64,000 nt of DNA from Candidatus Latescibacterota bacterium (GCA_965237675.1 OZ250150.1:960001-1024000), one strand, 5' to 3'; shown: positions 52,096 to 63,127, counted from the first letter of the stretch. Notes: a model not told the origin generated them from the sequence alone. Numbers and translations: made by a program.

Positions 52096-55000
52096 TCTGC
52101 GCCTTTACAATCTCGAATATGTGGTACACGAGGTCCTCGTTGTCACCGAGTTGAGACTTGATAGCATTGCGGACTTCCCGTTCTTTAAATCTGTTTCCTC
52201 GCCAGTCCGCTTTCTTGACGCTTCGGATGGCGTGATCCACAGCGACCGCCTTCGAGGTAAGTTCATCCGTGGAAAGCTCCGTCCCTGAGTGCGCATGCGG
52301 TCTGTCTTGCCCGACCGCGGCACCCTGCAAGTTATCGAATAGAGACCTGAGCGTGGTGCTGTCGATTCCCGACGGATATGTCGTCTCGGATTCAGGGCTG
52401 CTGACTTTCCTGGCCAGCTCAATAATTCTCGCAAGGTACATCTTGTAGTCGAGGCTTTCCTGTTTGCGCTGGAGGATCAGGGCGTCGAGCAACTCAGACA
52501 TCTTGCCGTAGTATTTCGGGTTGACCGGGGTCTCGTCGATGATAAGACGTCGGACGTTGTTCTCTATCGTCTCGGCCACCGCCTCTCGATCGTTGCGGAT
52601 ACCTGCTGGAAGCGCATCTAACGCCTTGTCACCTTGCTTGACAATAAGTTGTACAAGGGTCAGGTCGTCAAACGCTGAGACCTTTTCGCTCTCCTCGGCG
52701 CGGATGTACGTGTCGAGGAGGTGCCGCATGGAAGGCTCATACATCTTCAGGTCAATGTAGTCACCGCTCGCGAGCTTGATCTCCTTGCGGACATTTTCGT
52801 AGTGGCTCACCTCGGCTTTGATTTCTTCCGCCTCGGCCTCGCTGTAGCCGGCGTTGGACATCTCGTTGGCCAGGTTGGCGTACGCTCGTAGAAACGCCGC
52901 AGTCCGCTTATACAGAGCTACCCGCCGTGGCTCACTTTCCTTGAGGTACTCGACATTGCCACTATCGGTACCGCAGAAGAAACGCCGATACGCCGTGGTG
53001 TCACGTGGCGGCTCGACCGGCTCGCACAGCGCTTTGACCGCCTCGCGTGTTTCCTCCAGCCGCTCCCGGCCCTGCTTGAGTCGATCCTTGAGCAACCCCC
53101 TCACGTCGGCCTCGTCGTACCCGCCGAATGCTTCACCGGTATAGTCCTGTATCGACTGCTCCAGCGAGCGGAATAGGTCCTTGTAGTCGACGATGTATCC
53201 GTATTCTTTGTCCTCGCCGTCGAGGCGGTTGACACGGCAGATCGCCTGGAAGAGCCCATGGTCCTGCATGTGTTTGTCGATGTAAAGATACGTCGCAGAT
53301 GGTGCATCGAAACCGGTCAGCAGCTTATCCACCACAATCAGTAATTTCATCTGACCCGGTTCCTTGACGAAACGCTTCTTTACCTCGTGTTCGAACCGCT
53401 CAACCTTGTTCATCGCGGTGTCTTCGGGCTCGCCGAAGTGCGCCGAAAGCATCTCTCGGTAGATGTCGTACTGTCGTAGCTTTTCGGTAAGCCCCTCTCC
53501 GGTCTCCTCACCTTTTATGTCCGCGGGGGACGGTTTGTAGGACGTGACAATGGCGCACTTATCCGCCAGATCGGTCTGTTGTAACATCTCGAAGAAGCGA
53601 CAGGCTGAGTGGATGCTGCCAGAGACGAGCATGGCGTTGCCGTGACCGCTCTTCAGGCGGTCGCGCGTCTCCATATCGAGCAGGATATCGGCGACAATCT
53701 TCTCCAATCGATCCCGCGCACTCAGAACTTTCCGTATCGTGCCCCAGCGCTCCTTGAGTTGTGCCTTCGCGACGTCGGTCAATCCTTGTGTCTTGATTTC
53801 GAACCACTGATCTATATTCTCCTGCGAGGTGATATTCTGATCGATGTCACGAGCCTCGTAGCGCAAGTCCAGCACCACGCCGTCGCGCACTGCTTCGTCG
53901 TACTTGTAGGTGTGGATGTAGGTCCCGAAGGTCTCGATGCTTCGGCGTTTGTCAGACTTGAGTAACGGGGTTCCGGTAAAGCCGATCAGCATCGCGCCGG
54001 GCAACATGGCCTTCATCGCCTCGTGTAGTTTCCCGGACTGGGTACGGTGGCATTCGTCCACGAAGATAAAAATATCGCCCTTGGCCCGGAAACCACTGGG
54101 TAGATTCTTCCTGATCTCCTCGACGTAGGATTCAATGTCCCTCTCGCTGATGTCCTCGGTGGTGCCGAACTTGTGAATCAGCGAGCCGATCAGCCACTCG
54201 TCAGGTTTGTTTAGCACCTGCACCAGATCCGCTCCGCTATTCGTGCGGTAGATGTCCTCGCTGACACCATTGAAAACAGCCTCAATTTGCTCATCCAACT
54301 CGGTGCGATCCGTGATCAGAAGAACCCTTGCTTCGGCGACATTTTCGCGAATCCATTTCGCCAGCCAGACCATGGACAGGCTTTTGCCGCTGCCTTGCGT
54401 GTGCCAGATGATGCCGCCCTCCCGACTATTCACTCGCTCTTGGGCGGCCTGCACACCGAAGTACTGGTTGTGGCGACAAATCTTCTTAACACCAGCGTCA
54501 AAGACGACAAAGTCGTGTATGATCTCGAGTAACCGCTGTTTGCTGCAGAGTTGGGCCAGTTCACGCAACAGTGGATTGTCGCCGGCAGCCGGGTTAGCTT
54601 CCACTTCTTTCCAGTGCAGCCAGTATTTCTCCGGCGTCTCGATCACGCCATAGCGCAATCCCTCGGTCTCATTGCCAGCCATCAAAAGTTGTACCGTTGT
54701 GAAGAATGGCCGGATGAATTCCTTCCTTTGGTTGTCGAGGTTCTGACGAATGCCCTCTGTCACCGATACCGTCGAGCGCTTCAGTTCCAGGATCCCGACG
54801 GCAATCCCATTGACGTACAGTACGACGTCGGGTCGCTTGCTGTTCGTAGCTGAGACCGAAACCTCCTCGGCGATTGCAAAGTCGTTATTGCCGGGATTCT
54901 CCCAATCGATCAACCAGACAGTGACGTTCGGTTCGCCCACATCCGGCCGGATCTTTACGCCGTAGCGGAGCAGGCCGTACACCTCTCGGTTGGCCTCGTA

Positions 55001-55234
55001 AAGCGTCTTGCTACCACCAAGCGCCGCTGCCTTGTCCAGTTCGCGCAGCGCCTTGTCGATGATCTTCTCGCTGCGGCCCTGACGCTTGAGCCAGTCGGTG
55101 AGCAGACCCTTCTCGATATTTACATTGTCGGCGCGGTCATGCCAGTTGCCCAAGTAGGCATAGCCCAACACATCGCTGTAGAATGCAATCACGCGCTTCT
55201 GCGTGCGGATTTCCCGTTGGCCGACGGTGCTCAT
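52085..55234 (-). CDS. hsdR: Type I restriction endonuclease subunit R
   Basis: Nuclease motif PDVVLYVNGIAVGILELK, Walker A WHTQGSGKS, DECHR, GFTGTP, LLTGFDAP and QAICRVNR; ORF intact. Confidence 0.96.
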   Translation of the reverse strand: MSTVGQREIRTQKRVIAFYSDVLGYAYLGNWHDRADNVNIEKGLLTDWLKRQGRSEKIIDKALRELDKAAALGGSKTLYEANREVYGLLRYGVKIRPDVGEPNVTVWLIDWENPGNNDFAIAEEVSVSATNSKRPDVVLYVNGIAVGILELKRSTVSVTEGIRQNLDNQRKEFIRPFFTTVQLLMAGNETEGLRYGVIETPEKYWLHWKEVEANPAAGDNPLLRELAQLCSKQRLLEIIHDFVVFDAGVKKICRHNQYFGVQAAQERVNSREGGIIWHTQGSGKSLSMVWLAKWIRENVAEARVLLITDRTELDEQIEAVFNGVSEDIYRTNSGADLVQVLNKPDEWLIGSLIHKFGTTEDISERDIESYVEEIRKNLPSGFRAKGDIFIFVDECHRTQSGKLHEAMKAMLPGAMLIGFTGTPLLKSDKRRSIETFGTYIHTYKYDEAVRDGVVLDLRYEARDIDQNITSQENIDQWFEIKTQGLTDVAKAQLKERWGTIRKVLSARDRLEKIVADILLDMETRDRLKSGHGNAMLVSGSIHSACRFFEMLQQTDLADKCAIVTSYKPSPADIKGEETGEGLTEKLRQYDIYREMLSAHFGEPEDTAMNKVERFEHEVKKRFVKEPGQMKLLIVVDKLLTGFDAPSATYLYIDKHMQDHGLFQAICRVNRLDGEDKEYGYIVDYKDLFRSLEQSIQDYTGEAFGGYDEADVRGLLKDRLKQGRERLEETREAVKALCEPVEPPRDTTAYRRFFCGTDSGNVEYLKESEPRRVALYKRTAAFLRAYANLANEMSNAGYSEAEAEEIKAEVSHYENVRKEIKLASGDYIDLKMYEPSMRHLLDTYIRAEESEKVSAFDDLTLVQLIVKQGDKALDALPAGIRNDREAVAETIENNVRRLIIDETPVNPKYYGKMSELLDALILQRKQESLDYKMYLARIIELARKVSSPESETTYPSGIDSTTLRSLFDNLQGAAVGQDRPHAHSGTELSTDELTSKAVAVDHAIRSVKKADWRGNRFKEREVRNAIKSQLGDNEDLVYHIFEIVKAQSEY

Positions 55235-55578
55235 ATATCACCGCTCATCATTTTTGAGTGGGCAAGGCAGCCTTCGCCGTATCCGATAACCGATACTTCC
55301 GCGTCCGGTCTTGTCGTCCTGGTGATCCAATTCGTCATCTTTACGACCAACGACTGCGCGCCGCCGTTTTCTGCAATATTCATCCTCACTGTCACTTCCA
55401 TATTCTCCACTCCGACTCAAGATACTACACTAAACTCGGATGGGGAGTTCTCTTTTCATATATTGGCGCGTAGGGGGGAGTTGACGCGCAATGTGCTTTT
55501 TGCGGCGTGGATTGTGAATTGAAATTGTTCCAGTGGGTCAAGTTATCCAGGCACCTGTTACCATCGCATCTCTCGCGG

Positions 55579-56349
55579 TTAGGTGCTCTGCTTCAAATAG
55601 TTGGCGATTCTTTCGCGGTTTGAGGTAAGGCTGGAGAATTGCTTCTCGCAGACGTCGCTGAAGCGGGCTAACACTTTGCGACTGATCGACTCCTGGTCTT
55701 CGAAAATGGCAAGTGAACGAAACGGGATCACCCACCGTTCGAATTGGAGAAGCGCGATCGTAGCGTCTCGGGTTCTGCCGTCATTAGCAAGTGCGTGAAC
55801 GAACAACGGCCGATGCAAACCGTTAACTCGACAGTCCACGGTGTACATCCCTTGAGGATCACGTTCAGGATCGCTCCAGTCAAAACTCCTGCGCTCTTCC
55901 GGAACGGTCTCACTCATCACCGTACGAAAATCGTCCATAAATGTGGACAGAACCCGTTCCCTCGACAGGTACGACACGTCGGATATCTTGAGTAGCCCCT
56001 GCACAAACGAATATAGTGCGTCACCGTAACGCTCCTCCGGTACGTCGAGTACTAACTCTCCATCGCGGTCCTCGATCTGAAACATGGACAGCGCATTGGA
56101 GATGATCTTTTGACGCGTGCCGCTATGAAGATCCTTCTCATCGATGTCGTAAGTCAGATGCATGTACGTATGCGCCTCATCGGAAAGCACCCAACGCGCT
56201 CCGTCCTTCCTTAGAACGATGCCCAGGTGATCACCGTCGTCGAATTGGAACGGGGTGAACACGCGGAACCGTTCCATACCCTCGGCTGCAAGCCGAATCT
56301 TCGACGAAACCTTCTCGTGAAAATCTCTCTCTATGGTCTGGACGGACAT
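55579..56349 (-). CDS. DUF1828/DUF1829-like protein
   Basis: TPFQFDDGD.L.I, W.LSDEAHT, F.Q.L..I.D N-terminal pattern; C-terminal YTVDCRVNG possible PD-(D/E)xK-like fold. Confidence 0.7.
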   Translation of the reverse strand: MSVQTIERDFHEKVSSKIRLAAEGMERFRVFTPFQFDDGDHLGIVLRKDGARWVLSDEAHTYMHLTYDIDEKDLHSGTRQKIISNALSMFQIEDRDGELVLDVPEERYGDALYSFVQGLLKISDVSYLSRERVLSTFMDDFRTVMSETVPEERRSFDWSDPERDPQGMYTVDCRVNGLHRPLFVHALANDGRTRDATIALLQFERWVIPFRSLAIFEDQESISRKVLARFSDVCEKQFSSLTSNRERIANYLKQST

Positions 56350-56352
56350 TGG

Positions 56353-56835
56353 TTACCTCTCCTCAAATAGGTCGCTCTGCAGCTCCGGCGGTATCACAAG
56401 ATTCGCATCGTCAATCAGACAGCGAAGGACGCCGTGATAGTCTCCGTATCGGTCCGTTGGCTCGGCGTACGCGTCCTCCCGGGTTCCAAATTCCTGATAC
56501 CGCTCCTTCGCGACGTGAATATGAAAGTCATAGAACTTCACGCCTTCGATTTTGTTCGTATGTTCTTGGCTTTTGCCGTTGTAACGCCGGAGGCGGAAGA
56601 ACTGGCTTGACCCCGGTACTCGAACAGCCAGAATAACTGAGAAGTCGAGCGCATTGATCTTATTCTGCCTGAGGATCAGACGGAATTCGCCGCCCGTATC
56701 ACCGGCTAAATCGAGGTGCTGTTCGTCGTGGCCACGCTTGGACTTTAGACGAATCCGGCTGCGCCAATCCGGAGGCAGGAGCTTGCGCTCTTGTATCAAC
56801 GACTCTATCTCATGTTCCAAGAACATTACCGCCAT
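56353..56835 (-). CDS. Hypothetical protein, partner of the DUF1828 gene (DUF6978-like)
   Basis: 160 aa with LRRYNGK..EHTN.IE and FHIH motifs; ends 3 bp before the DUF1828 start. Confidence 0.6.
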   Translation of the reverse strand: MAVMFLEHEIESLIQERKLLPPDWRSRIRLKSKRGHDEQHLDLAGDTGGEFRLILRQNKINALDFSVILAVRVPGSSQFFRLRRYNGKSQEHTNKIEGVKFYDFHIHVAKERYQEFGTREDAYAEPTDRYGDYHGVLRCLIDDANLVIPPELQSDLFEER

Positions 56836-56879
56836 GACGATTACAATTCGATGGGCCGCACCCGGCCGGTGAGAAGGGG

Positions 56880-57207
56880 TCGCATCCTTTGTCCGACTCG
56901 GACGACCGAAGCCGTTTTGGAGATCAATCCTATCTCGCGAAACTTTTCATAGCACCGAGGCGAAACCCTGGTTCCAGAATTCCTGCCGCCACCGTTTCAC
57001 CTGCTCAGTAGATGGGTCTTTCCTTTCGTGCTTGAAGTAGACGGTGAGCGCCGAGTCGCTGCGCCACAAGGCATCGGGTTTAAACTCCCGGGCCTGGCAC
57101 CTGGAACGCGCGTCGTCTTCGAGGTACACACCATGTGCTGGTGCACCATTGTCCAAATAGCCTGTGGCTTCAAGTACTTGGCCTAAGGATTGGGCGATCA
57201 TCCGCAC
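56880..57207 (-). pseudogene. N-terminal fragment resembling a type IIG/Eco57I-like R-M (N6-methylase) gene
   Basis: ...PDALWR...VYFK...WRQEFWNQGFASVL*KVSRDRIDLQNGFGRP: in-frame TGA at 56947-56949, then truncated. Family assignment is from recalled motif similarity. Confidence 0.45.
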
Positions 57208-57519
57208 TTCCTCACACTAATGCGAGTCCTATTGAGACGGCAATATACACTATTATAGTCACAAAGGGCTTGGCATTCAACAAAACCTGCGACTTTGTGC
57301 GATTTTTCACCAAATTCGACGCTTTGCGCTGATGAATATGCGAAAATTGGATCATATCCCACTATGTTGAGAGGAGAAGGTCTCTACGGACGGGATTATA
57401 CCTACTCTTAGCAGAAACAGAAGATGCTACGATGTAAATTGGATACGGCAGTCGCGTCGTCCCGGAGGGCATCAAAACTAAAAACTCTTGGGGGAGGATC
57501 TCGGGGTGGCCGACGGTTC

Positions 57520-60500
57520 TCATAAACCATCGTCCGGATGGCGCTTTTTGAAACCTTCGCGCCATGTCTTAAGCGACTCCAAGTCTGCGCGGAGTTCCGC
57601 CTCGTCGGGAATGAAAACCGGCGCTTCCATCGACTGACTGTGCTCATAGGAGGAATACTTGGTCATTAGATTATCGATTAACCTGCAGTCTTCAGGATTG
57701 ACGCTTGCCAGTCGCTTGAGTCTATTGTCGGTCGTGACACTCCTTCGGTGGCGCCGTACGACTTGGTTAAGTAGGTCATCTTCGACTGTCCGCTCCAGAA
57801 GCTTGCGAAAATCAGTGCAAACCGCTTGCGCATGGATCCGGTAGGCATTGGAGCCCTCCGTTTCTCCGGCCTTTTTGGCTGCGTCAAGACGATCCAAGAG
57901 GATATTGTTGCCCTTCTTGGTGTTGACATTCCAGACAGCGTCATCCGCCGGGTGCCCTGCGGCGCCTGAAAACGATTCAATGCAGCGTTGCTCTAAGTGT
58001 TTCCTCTTCCAACCTTCACCAACCTTTTTTGCGGCATCCTCCATCGCACCATAAAGAGAAAGCCGGTGTGTGAACACCAGGACCTGACGACTCTGTGCGA
58101 GTTTCGCAAGCCGAGTTGCCACGCGCCACTCGAATTCTTGATCCAGCGACGAGATCGGATCGTCAAAAATGAATGGCGCCGCGTGGGGCTTCTCTGCCAC
58201 ATCGGCCAAAAAAGCCGCCAGAGAAACGACCCGACGCTCTCCTTCGCTCAGGACCGCGGCGGGAGCGTTCTCCGTCGTAGGTTGTACACCCTTCAGGCGG
58301 AGCCCATGGAGTGCTTGTCCTTTTTTCGTCTGGGTCTTGATGAGTTCGACCTTTATTCGCGACGCGCCTAGCCTGAATAATTCACAAAAAAGGTAGTTTC
58401 CATACCCAAGTCATTGTATTATATTATGGTTACGCAAATAACCTAATAACAATGAAACAGGAGGAAACTACCGTGGGAGTTCAAGATAAACATCACAGGT
58501 TGTCTTTCGCAAGTCTTTCTGGTAGGCAGGTAGAAGCCACGTTCGACGGGGGCGTGCTGACGACCGACGTCGGGGTGATGCTGCTTCGTGAGGTCGAGGC
58601 CAATGTCGGCATTTTGCATCGGATGGTTGCGGCGCTCACCGATCATCGACATCAAAGTTACGTACATCATTCGATGATGGACCTGATCAAACAACGTGTC
58701 TTTCAGATGGCCTGTGGGTATGAGGATGCGAATGATTGCAAGACGTTACGCGAGGACCCCGGCTTCAAGGCGGCCTGTGATCGGTTGCCGTTGTCTGGCG
58801 CGGACCTGGCCAGTCAGCCCACGATGAGTCGGTTCGAGAACCGCATCAGCAGAACCGATTTGTATCGGATCGCCAAGGCCTTTGCGGATGTGTTTGTCGC
58901 CTCGTATGAGGAACCGCCGGAAGCCATTCTGTTGGACATCGATGACACCGAAGACAAGGTGCATGGGTCTCAACAGTTGTCGTTGTTCAATGCGTATTTC
59001 AATGGCTATTGCTACCAGCCCCTGCATATCTATGAAGGCCAAACCGGCAAGTTGATCACGACGGTCTTGCGTCCTGGCAGGCGGCCTGCGGGTAAAGAGA
59101 TCGTCACCATCCTCAAACGGGTGATCGCCTACCTGCGTAAAGCCTGGCCCGACGTGGAGATCCTGTTACGTGGCGATGCGCATTTTTCGTGTCCGGAAGT
59201 GCACGTGTTGTGTGAGGAAGAAGATGTGTATTTTGTCCTCGGACAGAACGGCAACGCCAAACTCCTGCGGAAGGCACAGTCCTTGATAGACCAGGCCAAA
59301 ACGCGGTATGCCGATTCCGGAGAAACCGTGCGCCTTTATCGCTGTTGGGCCTATCAGGCCGGCACCTGGGCGTGTCCACAACGCATCGTCTGCAAGGCGG
59401 AAGTGACACCGCAAGGTGTCAATATCCGATTCGTGGTCACCAACCTGAAGCGCGCCCAACCGTCATTCATCTACAAAACCGCCTATTGCACACGCGGCAG
59501 GATGGAAAACTTCATCAAAAATCACAAGACCTTTCTCCATTCCGATCGCACCTCTTGTCACACCTTCCAGGCCAATCACTTCCGTCTCTTTCTCCACAGC
59601 GCCGCCTATGTCCTGATGCACAGCCTGGCTGCAATCGGATTGCGCGGCACGAAGTGGACCAACGCACAGTTCAATACCCTGCAAAATCGTCTCTTGAAAG
59701 TCGCCGGGCGCGTTTGTGAGTTGAAAACTAAAATCAAGTTCCATCTGCCAACGGCGTTTCCACTCAAACACCTTTATGGCAAGATCCTCTATAATCTGGC
59801 AACGGGTGTTCCATAACCCATCGACGTGCTGACCCCGCCTTCACATTTGCATCGACCACCACCAAAGGTCATGGAGAAGTCTGTGCGCTTGACACGGGCA
59901 TCGAGGTCAACCTGACGTCACGAGGCAAAGCAGGCGCCGCCCAAACGGCTTGAACACGCCAAATCCGTCACAGCCCATGCGCTTTCGTTTCTTGTCTCAC
60001 TCGGAAGCTCTTTCTGCTTCCTTAAAATGCTCTATCTGACGATTCATGAATTAATCGGGCTAGATCTCCCAGTTCTTCGTTGAACCGATCCACATACGCC
60101 TGCGTGATGACCTTCTCGGCCACATATCCAGCCTTTAGGGATATTCTCCGTGAGTTTGCCAGTCGCTCCCATTCGTCATAATCCTTGATTTTCTTTAGAC
60201 GAACGATTTCACGGCGAATTGCAGTCGCTTGCTGCGCCGTCCAGCGCCGAGCCTCCAGATTCAGCTTGTCTTGGCCTGCCTGTTCTCGATCGAAGTTCTT
60301 CGCATCCTCGTCATTTTGCAGTGCATCGCGTTCCAGTAATTCGGAACGTTTCGCCATCGCGGACAAGAGTTCATCAGGCCGTTCTATGGCAACAGCTTTT
60401 CCATCTTTTTCTCCGTTCAAGAGATCCTCACACGTCCTGTCCACTTTGTCCCAAAAGGATCCAAGTTTGTCGGTCCAACCACCTTCGGTCAACCCGGCAG

Positions 60501-61800
60501 CTTCACACCTCGTGCGAATCTCCTCGTTATTCCATTTCTTCGGTAGTTGCGCCAATGCCGCACTGTAGGCTTCTTCAGCCGTCTTGGCTTCAGTTTCAAC
60601 AACACCCTGGACGAATGTCTCGAATTCCTGCAGACGATTCTGTGCCTCTTGAGCCAATTCCTGATGGCACAAGACGCACCGCGCGCCGTCTTCCGTAACG
60701 GGATAGTCTCGTCCCGGGTAGGCTATTTGAGAATAGACGCGTGCTGCCTCCCAAAGAGCGTTCCACGTTTCTGTCCCGACCCCGTCAAACTTGGCATTGC
60801 TTAAGAGGGCGGCCTCTGTCGCAATCTTGCGTTTATAATCTGCGCTTTTTCGAGCATCCCTAAGAGCTTCCACCTGTCGCTTACTTACGGCATCCGCCGC
60901 GTTTTTAAGCTGCACTCTGAGTTGGTCCAGTTGGTCCTTTGTGTTGCGCTTCAATTCCGCCAGCTTTGCCGGTTCGTCAGCACTGAGGCGTTCTGTCAAT
61001 TTCTCGAGTTCCTCTTCGTTATCCTTCCCCCAGTCCGTTAGGCGCTGGATATCTTGCTCGCTGAGATCGTGTCTCAACGCGGCAAACGCTTTACCAGCGC
61101 CAGTGTTGTAATAATCTGGAGGTAAATTGGGGAGCGCGCTGACCAAAAGATTCCGTTCGCTTTGAAGCCTCCCTTTGACTCTGTCACACACAGTTGCTAA
61201 TTCCTCGAACAAGGTGACAGCTGGTGGCGTGTAGGAGATTGCTTTCTCCTTGCTGATGTAGAAGGCAGCAGCATCAGCGTCGAATATGTCGACAGCTCTG
61301 AGGTCATCTAACGTAGCGTCTGTCGGCTGCCAAGTAACTGATTGGTCTCTTCCTGCCATCATGTACCGTATCCGGCATTCCCGCTTCACAGGCCGACTTT
61401 CATAAACGTTTGATCTGATCTCTGGTGCGTTGGGCTTGCCGCACGCTCGCTTGAGAATGCGGGTGTAACCGGATTTTCCCGAACCGTTGGGACCGTAGAT
61501 CACTGAAAGATTACCGGTTCCAAAGACAAGAGGACTGTTGGGACATAGATTCTCAATACCACAGATATCGCCTATTTCCAGGAGGTGAACCTCGGCCGAG
61601 GATGCGGAAGCAGAAACTATGCCCTCGAAGTTCCGGTGAGCGGTTATCTGCTGCCCTGCTGTGGTCTTGAGACGCTGAGCAATGGCCACGACGTCACGAT
61701 CCGACAAGCTACCCGAAGCGAGCAGTTTCTCGGCCGCTTCCTGAAGCCAATCCTGTTGCTGGTGAAGCCATCTACGTATTTCCGGTTCAACATTAGGCAT
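57520..61800 (-). pseudogene. RloC-like SMC/ABC ATPase (AAA_13) interrupted by IS1380
   Basis: Walker A GPNGSGKSG, coiled coil with zinc-hook CVLC, signature LSEGE, Walker B FDDPISSLD and H-loop FTH. Removing the IS and one CTAG gives one in-frame ORF of 2589 nt (ELGDL|GASRIKVEL). Confidence 0.85.
58372..60059 (+). mobile_element. IS1380-family insertion sequence (transposase 58452-59816)
   Basis: Imperfect IR CCTGAATAATTCA / TGAATTAATCGGG; CTAG duplicated at 58368-71 and 60060-63; transposase motifs GYEDANDC, LASQPTMSRFEN, LDIDDT, RGDAHF and RGRMENFIK. Confidence 0.95.
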
Positions 61801-63127
61801 CTTCGATACTTTCTGCCTCGACAAGCCGCACACGGCCGGTGAGAAGTTGCTGTATAATGCCTTGCTTGATTGCCCGAGTCTTATCCCTGCGTCTTTCCAG
61901 GCAGACGATCTCGACGTCCATGTCCGAAAGCACGGTCGCGACCGCTTGTTGTTCCTCGACACTTGGTACGGCAAAGCTGAAATTAGCCATATCGCGACCA
62001 TATAGATGAAAAACCGTTGATCCAGTTACAAGCTGCATCACCTGATCTCGGTCTGTCCTGACTGCATATGCGAGAAATTCTCCCTTGAGGACATCTTCCG
62101 GGACACGAATCACAAGTACGTCTGACCCTATTACGATCTCGGAAGCGAGAATACAACTTGCAGTTGCTAAGCCATTGGGAGTCACATCCGACGTAGGTAT
62201 CAGCACGTCGTTACGGGAAGAATAGAAGAAGGTGCCCTCTCGGTCAGTTCCGTGTATAACGTCGGTGATGCGTTCGCCATAGACCGTAAATAGCTCTCCG
62301 TAATGAATACATCTTCGCTTTCCATCAAGTGATAATTCGGCCTTGGAAAGACCGGAGCCTTTGAAAAATGAAGCAATCTCACCCAACCGCTTCGTCTCCC
62401 ACTGCCCACTAAATCCTGGCAGGCGGGTCTTGCCGGTGAGAAGCTGTTGCATGGCGGCCTGCTTGATGGCCCGCGTCTTGGCGATCAGCGCCTCCAACGC
62501 CCGGAGCAACCCATCCACGTTCGACAGGGCCTCAGCGATTGCACGCTGCTCAGACTTTGCTGGTACTGCGATCCACACAGCCGACAGTGATCGACCATTG
62601 GTCAGAGCACGGGTTGTGTACGTTGCATTTGATACGATCTGGGACCTGACTGCTCTGGAACCAAAACAATACTGCTTGTAGCCGTTGTCAAGTCGGCCGT
62701 CGCGGGGCCGAGCGCGAAGAACGAAACCACTGAATACGGTATCGCAGGGTTCGTTGAGCATAACGGCTGTAACACCGACATCCTCAACGGTCTCGGATGT
62801 ACGCGTAAAAAACACGTCCCCTAACCGCACCTCGTAGTTCTTGATCTCTTCAGGACTGAGGTTAACCCGTCCTGATAGGTCGTCCGTCCTAAGCCCCGGG
62901 CTTTCATAAACATCCATGTAATTGACGATGGGTGTCCCAGTACCGAAGAAACGCTTTGCTTTGTTTAAGCCATTTTTGAATACGAAGAGGTCACCGAGAA
63001 GCACTGCGTCCCAATCGTTAGGTAGTAATCCGAGATCAGTCCACTTGAAGCCCGCTGGCACATCTTTTGATAGGGCGTTTCCGGCTTCCAGGCCCTTACC
63101 CATTGTATCCAGTCTATTACTCATCAA
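61793..63127 (-). CDS. hsdS: Type I restriction-modification specificity subunit S
   Basis: Two TRDs, each followed by a conserved helix (EQRAIAEALS...KQAAMQQLLTGKTRL and EQQAVATVLS...KQGIIQQLLTGRVRL). Confidence 0.95.
   Translation of the reverse strand: MMSNRLDTMGKGLEAGNALSKDVPAGFKWTDLGLLPNDWDAVLLGDLFVFKNGLNKAKRFFGTGTPIVNYMDVYESPGLRTDDLSGRVNLSPEEIKNYEVRLGDVFFTRTSETVEDVGVTAVMLNEPCDTVFSGFVLRARPRDGRLDNGYKQYCFGSRAVRSQIVSNATYTTRALTNGRSLSAVWIAVPAKSEQRAIAEALSNVDGLLRALEALIAKTRAIKQAAMQQLLTGKTRLPGFSGQWETKRLGEIASFFKGSGLSKAELSLDGKRRCIHYGELFTVYGERITDVIHGTDREGTFFYSSRNDVLIPTSDVTPNGLATASCILASEIVIGSDVLVIRVPEDVLKGEFLAYAVRTDRDQVMQLVTGSTVFHLYGRDMANFSFAVPSVEEQQAVATVLSDMDVEIVCLERRRDKTRAIKQGIIQQLLTGRVRLVEAESIEDA

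Noticed and set aside
55238-55420. Small ORFs between DUF1828 and hsdR
   Set aside because: Two competing short frames with no recognisable similarity; neither can be supported.
16868-56949. Stop-codon recoding (TGA as Trp or Sec at 16868 and 56947; TAG readthrough at 47632)
   Set aside because: The HEPN-like gene and the R-M fragment use TGG for Trp, many intact genes here end in TGA or TAG, and two of the three cases carry other signs of decay. Single transition nonsense mutations explain them.
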